Virus record (IMG/VR): IMGVR_UViG_3300047539_000055
Source of the DNA: a virus
Taxonomy: Duplodnaviria > Caudoviricetes
Length of the DNA: 64,000 nt
Reading direction: 5' to 3' (one strand)
Shown here: in pieces, positions 35,483 to 44,000 of the stretch
How the letters are laid out: every line of letters starts with the position of its first letter
How positions within the stretch are numbered: position 1 is the first letter of the stretch
Translations under genes and position numbers: made by a program
The notes under the pieces: model-generated
Seen by the model: only the letters and a program-made list of their open reading frames with translations
The model's database searches: none
Told to the model about the DNA's origin: nothing

Positions 35483-36262
35483 ATGACGCAAAAGAAATGT
35501 GAACACGGAAGGCAACATAGCAGATGTGAAGAATGTGGCGGTATTGGAATATGCGAACATAAACGACAAAAAGGTTTTTGTAAAGAATGTGGTGGTTCTA
35601 CATTTTGTGAACACGGCAGAATAAAATATACTTGTCATGAATGTTGTGGTTCTCAAATATGTGAGCACAGCAAACGAAAAAGCCAATGTAAAGAATGTGG
35701 TAATCTTTCATCTAGCCACTTTCTAAAAGGAAGTTTTACCAAAAAGCGGCGTAAAGCCCCTGCCTTCAGGTATGGGGATATAAGCCGTGCTCTTGCTGTT
35801 GTTTTGTTCTTGACAGTATACTGCTTCATCTGGTATAGTTCTTATATGGCACTTACTCGACGCCTTGGGATACATGGAGTCGTTAAACGACTGCGGACAG
35901 TGTGTAAGTCTGGAGAAATTCAGCTAAGCTGGTTGAAACAGTTAAGGCGTTCGAAAGAACGCTAGAATCCCCCGGATTTATCCGTGGGGAGTATCAAAAA
36001 AGAACAAATCAAAGAAATGGGAGCAATAAAGGTTTGTCAATTTCCAAATTGTCTTGTCCAATCAAATGGGAAATCCCTAAATTCGGATCACTATCATGAT
36101 GGAAATAAAATCAATCCAAATAATTATAGAGGAGAACTTTGTCATGAACACAATATGTTATTAGGATGGCTTGAAAAATTTCCAGAAGCAGCGATTACTA
36201 ACGCAATAGAATATATGAAAAGAAGACCATATAAATCATTACAAGTTACCGAGATTAATTAA
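35483..36262 (+). pseudogene. Zn-finger/EndoVII homing endonuclease (paralogue of 13630-14190) interrupted by a mini-IS
   Basis: Removing 35740-35997 restores ...SFTKEQIKEMGAIKVCQFPNC, collinear with the paralogue's SFTINQLKEIGSIKICQFPNC (173 aa). Confidence 0.88.
35740..35997 (+). mobile_element. Non-autonomous IS200/IS605-family (IS608-like) element, 258 bp
   Basis: Inserted 3' of TTAC without target duplication. Left end: AAAG guide + CCCCTGCCTTCAGGTATGGGG hairpin. Right end: GAAT guide + CCCCCGGATTTATCCGTGGGG hairpin, ending in TCAA. Confidence 0.92.
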
Positions 36263-36274
36263 TCTCGGTAACTT
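36243..36274. terminator. Bidirectional terminator, perfect 32-bp palindrome
   Basis: AAGTTACCGAGATTAA|TTAATCTCGGTAACTT between convergent genes. Confidence 0.8.
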
Positions 36275-36283
36275 TTTGTTTGA

Positions 36284-36883
36284 TTAGTAACCGAATGCTT
36301 GTAGGGTAGTGTTAGAAGGAATTAGATTTTGTGCTTTTGCTTTATCCAATTCACTTGATAATGTTGCCTTGTTGACATATGGAGCTAAATTTTTAAGAGC
36401 AGTTTGTGCGGCTGGAGTTACAGACACTTTGACAGATGCAAGATATGTACTGAGAATTGTCAAAGCCGTAGCAATAGTTGCTAATACACCCTGTGCAATC
36501 AACTGACTCGTTGCGTCTTTAATTTGCAATGCGGCAACAAGAGCAGAAGAATCAACGGTAACAGCATCACTAACTGTGGCTGCGATTTGAGCAAGCACTG
36601 TTGGAGATGGGTTTGCCAAATATTGATTACATAGTGTAGTCAAAAATGAACTATCACTTTGAAGTTGAGCAACAGACTTTTGAATAAGAACTGAGTCTGC
36701 TGGATCAAATGCGGCAATATCACCACCTAAAACGGCGGCATCATTGGTAAGGGCTGGAGTCCAGTTTGCAATATTTTGTACGACAGCGGTAATTTGTGCT
36801 TGGGTTGGATTGCTACAAGCTGTTGGGCCAAGAACAAGCGTGGTTGATAACATTGCGACTAAAAGAATATAGAGAAATTTCAT
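36284..36883 (-). CDS. Helical lipoprotein
   Basis: Signal peptide ending PTA|C; SD GAGG; TATAAATA ending at 36900. Confidence 0.7.
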   Translation of the reverse strand: MKFLYILLVAMLSTTLVLGPTACSNPTQAQITAVVQNIANWTPALTNDAAVLGGDIAAFDPADSVLIQKSVAQLQSDSSFLTTLCNQYLANPSPTVLAQIAATVSDAVTVDSSALVAALQIKDATSQLIAQGVLATIATALTILSTYLASVKVSVTPAAQTALKNLAPYVNKATLSSELDKAKAQNLIPSNTTLQAFGY

Positions 36884-36909
36884 AAGTTACCTCTGTTGTT
36901 ATTTATAAA

Positions 36910-38655
36910 TTAAAATCCGATGGCAATCCAATTGCCATACATATTATCTAAATCATTTTGGTGAATTGTAAATCCTGTTGTTGTGATTGATCCTGCTTTG
37001 ATAGTCAAATAACCAGTATCTCCGCTTGGATATACAGCAACACAAACTACAGATATTGATGTGACATCGGTAAATGGTGTTACGGTTGATGGGAAAGTCA
37101 CAGCAAAATCTCCGCCACCTAAATATACCGCGTTATTCCATTGATGAATACATCCAGTAAGGTCTACAGACCACCATCCATTTCCATTAGAACCAAATGA
37201 TGGTGCATTTGCAGACCATTGCGTTGTACCATCAGCATTTGTAATCAATGGTGCGCCAGCAACAGATCCGGCCGTAGTTGGTAAAGTAAATTTACCAGAA
37301 CTTCCATTATTTATGGTTGCTTGCCCACCAACTATGAGATTGTTCAGTACAGTCAAACCGTTTACGGTAGTTCCTTGAGCAATCAATGTTGTAAGTGTAG
37401 TTATTCCTGCTACTCCTAATGTTCCATTGATTGTTTCGTTACCAGAAATCGCCAAAGATGATGCGCTTGCTACCGCGAGACTTGATGTTCCTGTAACTGT
37501 GAAGGTTGTGCTTGATAATATAGGGGCAATAATAGTTGTACCACTAATGGTAAGTTGTGCGGTTGCACCAACTGCTCCACCACTGTTATATAAAAATTGT
37601 CCTGTGCTTCCAGGAACTACGAATGGAGAAGGTGCTGGAAGATTTTCATATGTAGTGGCAAAAATAGTTCCGACTGTGGCCAAACCGCCTATATTTGCAT
37701 CATCAGTAACATCCAAATGATCAACTCTTGCAGTAACATTACTTGATAAAATGGTTAGAGCATTTGATCCAGCCAATGCAATTCCATTATTGTAAATGAT
37801 TTGGCTGGCAGACCCAGGAAAAGATGTACCGGGAAGATTTCCATAGTTGTTAGCAACAATGTTATCAAAATATACTGTTCCACCAATATTTCCATTAGAA
37901 AATTCTGTATACGCGGCGAGATTGGCAGCAGGAGAAGAATTAGTAGCAATCATTACATTGCCAATACCCACTTCCACAATTGCATTTTCATTGGAATCAA
38001 CTGTAATACTAAGTTGATCAACATTTCCAAAAGTTAATTCTGTTATGTTATATATGCCAGCTTCAACAATGGATGGGGGAGAACCAGCACCAGTAACAAA
38101 ATTGATGCCGGGTCGAATGTTTCCAAAACCATCAATGGCAGGATTAGTTAGAGCTATGGAAGAAACAACACCGATCAATGCATTGTTAGCATATAGATCA
38201 AGATAATAGACATTTCCTGTATTTGTTTGTAGAGTTTGAACAACAAACCCTTCTTTTGCTCCACCTTGATTGATAGGCCCGATAAGAACCCATGCATAAC
38301 CATTCCAAACATTGAGTTGTTGATTTACACTGTCATACCATTCATCACCTTCTTGTGGATCAATTGGGGCAAAAGCACTACTGGTAATAACACTAATGGG
38401 TTTGAATTGTGTTCCGTTCCAAAAATTGATGGAACTTGAAATCGTATCATACCAAATCTGTCCTATAAATGGATTTGTTGGAGGGGTGTTATCAGCAAAA
38501 TGCTCAGTCATATGAACTAAATTGTCATTGAACACTGTTCCAAAACCAGGATAAAATTTTCCAATCAGATTCAAACCACCATAGGTGGAAACCAATTGTG
38601 TATCTGGTACGACTGCTATTACATTTCCATTCGTAAGTTGAACCTGATAACTCAT
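36910..38655 (-). CDS. Tail fibre / baseplate-attached fibre protein
   Basis: N-terminal 'LNLIGK.Y.GFG...N.NL....EHFA...PP.NP..GQIWYD' anchor; C-terminal 'IHQW...V.FP...F...W.AIG' receptor-binding tip. Confidence 0.8.
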   Translation of the reverse strand: MSYQVQLTNGNVIAVVPDTQLVSTYGGLNLIGKFYPGFGTVFNDNLVHMTEHFADNTPPTNPFIGQIWYDTISSSINFWNGTQFKPISVITSSAFAPIDPQEGDEWYDSVNQQLNVWNGYAWVLIGPINQGGAKEGFVVQTLQTNTGNVYYLDLYANNALIGVVSSIALTNPAIDGFGNIRPGINFVTGAGSPPSIVEAGIYNITELTFGNVDQLSITVDSNENAIVEVGIGNVMIATNSSPAANLAAYTEFSNGNIGGTVYFDNIVANNYGNLPGTSFPGSASQIIYNNGIALAGSNALTILSSNVTARVDHLDVTDDANIGGLATVGTIFATTYENLPAPSPFVVPGSTGQFLYNSGGAVGATAQLTISGTTIIAPILSSTTFTVTGTSSLAVASASSLAISGNETINGTLGVAGITTLTTLIAQGTTVNGLTVLNNLIVGGQATINNGSSGKFTLPTTAGSVAGAPLITNADGTTQWSANAPSFGSNGNGWWSVDLTGCIHQWNNAVYLGGGDFAVTFPSTVTPFTDVTSISVVCVAVYPSGDTGYLTIKAGSITTTGFTIHQNDLDNMYGNWIAIGF

Positions 38656-38668
38656 TATGTTTCCTCTA

Positions 38669-39271
38669 TTATGCGCTCAAAGAGCTAAGCGTAGAAATTC
38701 TCAATGTGTAAGCAATATCAATAAGACGGTTAAGGGACTTGATTACTGGTGAATAAATGACATGGGTTAGAAGCTGTCCATTGTAGCTAAACAATCCAAG
38801 TTCATCAAAGGCATATTTGCTATTGATATAATTGGAATTATCAAATGGTAGTTGATCGGCTGGTTCACCATAATCTAATCTACAAACGACAATAACATCG
38901 GTATAAGCCTTTCCTGGGACGTGGCTGTATGTGATGTTATTGTTGAGTGGATCAGGATCGGCTGAAAATTGATTGTTGACTACCTTGCTGTAAGTTTGAT
39001 TGTAAAGCTGTGCTGTAGCGCCAACGATATTTGGTGGATTATAGGTAACAATGCCACTTGAATTGACTGTAGTTCCGCCATTTCCAAAATTCATAGTATA
39101 AAAGAATCCGGGATTTGAAGCATTGAGTGGCCCACCACCTAGACTTTGAGCGATGGCGACGGACAAATTTTCAAAATGAACAGCATTGTCACCTTCAAAT
39201 AATATCTTTTTGGTGATAGCGTCTGTAATTTTAACGTGTCCGGTTATATGTAATTTTAGATCGGAATTCAT
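38669..39271 (-). CDS. Virion structural protein
   Basis: GHVKI.D, NA.HFEN.S, FGNGGT, LDYGEP, FDELGL, P..KSLNR motifs of jumbo-phage baseplate-region proteins. Confidence 0.75.
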   Translation of the reverse strand: MNSDLKLHITGHVKITDAITKKILFEGDNAVHFENLSVAIAQSLGGGPLNASNPGFFYTMNFGNGGTTVNSSGIVTYNPPNIVGATAQLYNQTYSKVVNNQFSADPDPLNNNITYSHVPGKAYTDVIVVCRLDYGEPADQLPFDNSNYINSKYAFDELGLFSYNGQLLTHVIYSPVIKSLNRLIDIAYTLRISTLSSLSA

Positions 39272-39278
39272 TTGTCCC

Positions 39279-39410
39279 TCATTTAACTCGTTGACAGATT
39301 ACCGTTTTAGTAACAACATATTCTACATTGCCAGTTAGTGTTTTTTCACTAACAACCATTTTCAAATGCTCTTCAACGCTTACATTTGGCTTTTCATCTG
39401 GAATCTTCAT
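39279..39410 (-). CDS. Small structural-region protein, 43 aa
   Basis: MKIPDEKPNVSVEEHLKM...; TAAATA directly upstream; fills the gap. Confidence 0.55.
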   Translation of the reverse strand: MKIPDEKPNVSVEEHLKMVVSEKTLTGNVEYVVTKTVICQRVK

Positions 39411-39425
39411 TATATATTTATCCTC

Positions 39426-41030
39426 TTAGAATGGTGTCACTGGCGGTAACCCGCCGATAGATAGTAATGTTGATGAAATAACAGAGTTTGTGTTTTGTAA
39501 ACTTGTATTTGCTGGTGGATATGTATACCAAATATTCGTTCGTGGATCAACAAAAGTCAAATTTTGCAGGTTATTGTTATATGACGCACTAACCACTCTA
39601 GCGCCAGAAATGTGAACATTTGGTACGCCTGTGCCAGAAGTTCCGCGCATCAAACCAGATAAAGTGTTACCAGTTCTGTCAATATACAAATAAGTAATGC
39701 ATTCTTGGTTGACAAAAACTTGACCGCGCACATTCAATAAAGCATTATTTGAAATATTGGCAGTACTGCCAATGATTGGAGTAATAAATGGGTCAGTATT
39801 TGCCACACTTATTGAATTGCTATTGGCATAAAGATTGCTTGTCAAAGTAGAAACAGTATTGGCACCAATAGCATAATATGTGGTTGGACCCGTAGCATAC
39901 ATTTGGACAAAATCTCCGGGACCGGCCGCGATGGTGAGAACACTATCAGTTACGGCCCAAGAAGTTGACGAAATTGCATTTCCATTGACCTTGATACTAG
40001 CAGCCGCATCCAAAGAAGTCCAAGGAAGAGTAATTTTTTGATTCACAGATTCAATAGTGAATTCATAGTATCCAGTAGGACCAGCCATAATTATTGGTTT
40101 GAAAAGCGCAAAACTCATAATATTGGAATTAGCGTTAGCAGTATCGCTTTGATACACTTGCATATACAGTGTATCAAAAATTTGTCCGGGTACAAATTCT
40201 TCTGGTGCATAGCTCGTGATGCTATCAACGAAGTGACCACCATCAATAATAATATCGGCAGGTTGAGTTCCTAGATTTGCATCGGTAAAAAGACTGCTGA
40301 TTGTATTTTGAATTTCGGTTTCGGTAACATGCTCGGATACGCCATTTATGATTTTTACATCGCCAAACATACCTAAAAATTGGTTTTTGCCGTCTCGATT
40401 TGCTCCAATGGTAAGTAATGCTGGACTACCATATCTTTGCAAGCTTGCATTGATATTGCTGGAGTTTGTGATAACTTGTGCTGGTATAGCGTTGTATGCC
40501 GCCACCGGTGCGCTTTGTGAAACACCATCTAAAAATAGGTAGAACTGATTTTGATATCGTTCCGCACTGATAAAATGAGAAACATCTACTGTTACTAGAC
40601 CGCCAAGAACTTCAAAAAGAACTTGACCAATTTCAGTTAGTACACTCGTCGAGCTAATTGCAATATTGGAAAGATGTAAATGACTGCCAGAAACAGAGTA
40701 TTGATTGGGTGCTAATAGTTCACCGTTGTAGAAAATTTTATCATTTGATGCGATTGGAATTGGAGTGGTAATATTGCTAACATGACCTCCCACAATAAAT
40801 GGGGCAACAATTTGAATTGCATATGCATTTAGATTGCCATTTTCAATAACAGTCAAAAATCTTGTCTTAGTATAGAGATTAGCCGAAGCCGATTCGTTGT
40901 TTGTAATTTCAAACAATGTTTGACATCCATTGGAAGTATTAGTTTCCGCAAAAAATTCCACTGTAAAATCGCTGTATGCGAAATTATAGTCCGAATCTCC
41001 GAATGCTCTAATGTAACTGCTTGTACTCAT
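39426..41030 (-). CDS. Virion structural protein with LamG/concanavalin-like segment
   Basis: DFTVEFF...LFLDG...LTIGA; APEEFVPG; RGTSGT..H motifs. Confidence 0.7.
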   Translation of the reverse strand: MSTSSYIRAFGDSDYNFAYSDFTVEFFAETNTSNGCQTLFEITNNESASANLYTKTRFLTVIENGNLNAYAIQIVAPFIVGGHVSNITTPIPIASNDKIFYNGELLAPNQYSVSGSHLHLSNIAISSTSVLTEIGQVLFEVLGGLVTVDVSHFISAERYQNQFYLFLDGVSQSAPVAAYNAIPAQVITNSSNINASLQRYGSPALLTIGANRDGKNQFLGMFGDVKIINGVSEHVTETEIQNTISSLFTDANLGTQPADIIIDGGHFVDSITSYAPEEFVPGQIFDTLYMQVYQSDTANANSNIMSFALFKPIIMAGPTGYYEFTIESVNQKITLPWTSLDAAASIKVNGNAISSTSWAVTDSVLTIAAGPGDFVQMYATGPTTYYAIGANTVSTLTSNLYANSNSISVANTDPFITPIIGSTANISNNALLNVRGQVFVNQECITYLYIDRTGNTLSGLMRGTSGTGVPNVHISGARVVSASYNNNLQNLTFVDPRTNIWYTYPPANTSLQNTNSVISSTLLSIGGLPPVTPF

Positions 41031-41050
41031 ATTATCCTTGTTTGCCTATG

Positions 41051-44000
41051 TTAGCTTGGTCCTGGTGGTGGAATTGCAAGATTCAATTTCACTACCAGTA
41101 TTTCGCTGGTCTGTGGATTTTCAATTATGTTTATCGTGGTGCTATCAACAACTAAATTTGCACCATAATTTACCAGTTGTAATTTCTTTTGATTCCAAGA
41201 CAAATCGCTAATCAATGTTTGCGCATTTACAGATATGAATGAAATATTTGTTTTACTTTCATTGTCAAGGCTTTCAAAGCCCCACAATAATGGTGTGTAT
41301 TGTGGAAGCAAATATGGATCAACAGCCAATGATCGTGGGAATGCTTGTGCTGGTATATCAATATTTATGATGCCAGGAATATAGCGATTGAAGTCAGTTG
41401 TAAGGCGAATTTCATCCATATAACCAGTGCATACATTTCCACCACCAACATCTGCACCTAAAGTAAGATTATAATCTGTAAAATTATAAGAAGCAATATT
41501 AGCATTGGCATTAGCAATGGAAGAACCAACAAGTTCACCATTCATATATGCATATAGATTTCCGCTATTACCTTGCAGGGTGATATACTCCCAATCGTTT
41601 GTGACAAATGGTGTACCAGTGTTGATAATTGCTACGCTGGAATTTGAACCAATACACAAATTGCCATTTTCACAGAAGACAACTAATCCAGAATGGCTGG
41701 ACACATTTGCTCTAGTATCTAGGATAACTGAAAGATTGCTTGTGATATTGCTAAAGTTCATAAAGAATTCCAGCGTAAAATTATTGGCATTGATGCTCAA
41801 TGTGTTTAAGTCTGGACTTGCAATATTAGCAATGATATATTGATCAGTGAAGGTATTGAATATGCCCGATGTGTTACCAAAACGAGAATATTCAGTACTC
41901 AACGAAGTGTCAGAAATCAATTCTGGTCGCCAAGAAATGTTCAATGATGTTTGTCCGGCAGTAGCATCATTGGAATCAAAAATTGTTCCTGTTGGAACAG
42001 GATATGAGCCAGTAAATGTTCCAGCATCAACAAAGACACCTGGATATGGACTTGTATTGACACGAGCAAAGGAAAGCGTGGTGCTTATTTGACGCACCAA
42101 ACCATTTGTCAATTCTGGATACACGGTTGCTGGTGTAGTTGCGTTTGCATCAATTACAACAACAGATGGTGTAAATGTAAATAGATTTCCACCATTTACA
42201 GTTGTCACAGATTCAATGCCAAATGCTACATTGAGAATTGCACCACTTCCATTACCAGTCAATGATGTTGTGGCAACATTGGCGAGGTTAGATGGAAGCA
42301 CAGTATATTCTTGAGACGATGGCAGAGTAAATACAATATTTGAATTTACATTAGCTACATTTATATTGCTGGTAAATGCAATAATGGAATTTCCAGCCGC
42401 AACATTTACATTTGATACTTGAATGAGTGCAGCGTTTCCATAAGTTCCTCCGACAATGGCTAAAATTTCTCCGTTGACATAACTATTACCAGAAGCAATC
42501 AAATTAGTAGAAACCATTTGCAAACCAGAAACAACAGCCGAGGCGTTATTGGTTGGAGTGATCACTATATCCGATAATAAATCTAAGTATCCAGACCCAG
42601 TTCTTTCAACAAGTAAATTTTCAATTGAATAGGTGTGATTGTTATTCCACGATGCATAAACAGGTTCTTGTAATGTCAAAATATCAGTAACAATGGAACC
42701 ATCTGGTGATCGTACCAAATCAATGGTGTCAATAAATGGAGTCAATGGAATAGAAACATTTCCATTGAGATAAACTGGGGTGTTTACACCATCAATATAA
42801 GTGTATCGTAGACCAAATGGTTTGGAATTATAACAAGGGCCAACGATGTATGGATACAATGGAATAGATGAATTTGCTGGATTTACTGTGGCAAAATATG
42901 CATACACACCGGCTGGATATTCTGGAGTTGCAACAAATCTGCCGTTGCAATCATCAAGGGTTCCCAAGTTCGGAACATACACAAAGTCTTCAATATATTC
43001 TCCGGTTGGCGTAGCATACACGGCCATTTGCAAACCATTGATTATTGGTTGACCAGTTTTATCAAGTCGAGGCACGCTTGATAATGTGTAGCTCGTAGTA
43101 TTTGTGATAACACCACCAGAACCATTTGCATTCAAATAACCATCTGGTCCATAAATTGGCCCACCATCCCAAGCATAACCAATAAGTGGGCTGTGTAGTT
43201 CAATTAGATTGTATGCATAATATGCAAGATTGATGGAGTTTAATATTGGCGGTACAAGATAAGTTATGGTGTTTCCAACTATGGTGAAATCTTCTCCCGA
43301 TATTAGCAATTGACCATTGTAAAAAAGTTCAATAAAATCTGGACTATTTGGAAGAGTAAATGTATAATTCACACCATCAACTGCACCAGTTGGTGTAATA
43401 GCATCAGCATAGGTATATGGAGAAACAAAGGTACTAAGTCTATATTGTGCCAATATACTGCCTGTACTTATTGGGGCAACATTACAGGTGATAGTATTTC
43501 CTGTCAAGGTGTAATCGCTGGTTGGTGCTATTGGAGACTGTAGTAAACCATTGTAAAATACTTTCAAACCCAATGCAGGACTTGGCAATGATGGTAATGT
43601 GAAAATTGTGTTTACATCATCTAATATTCCTGTTGGTATTATTTCAACTAATCCTACTGGAATTGTAACTCCGTAATCATAGTACGCTGTTAGAATCAAG
43701 CCAGCCATTGGTGGAATAAAGAATGTGACCACCTGACCGACCAGTGTATAATCTTCATTTTGTGTCAATACTACGCCGTCTAAAGAAAGCAATAAACTAT
43801 TTGGATCAGCCGCAACATAATTTAGAACAAATGTATCGTTGAATCCGTCAAGTACGCCACGAGGAGTATCTTGAACACCAGTAATTGGTGAATTGTTGGG
43901 GGCAGAATTTGCCAAGATGTACGGATAAGTTAGATATTCATACGCTCCGTTGATGTTGGTAAATCCAGCACCTGGATCAAGATCATTTGCTTGTGCTTCC

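Noticed and set aside
35740-35997. Group I intron / IStron explanation for the insertion
   Set aside because: It is too short, I see no P/Q/R/S core, it ends in TCAA rather than a terminal G, and IS ends plus promoter plus scaffold account for its length.
35984-36262. Independent 92-aa gene
   Set aside because: It is the 3' half of the IS-interrupted nuclease; its GTG start lies inside the element's right-end hairpin.
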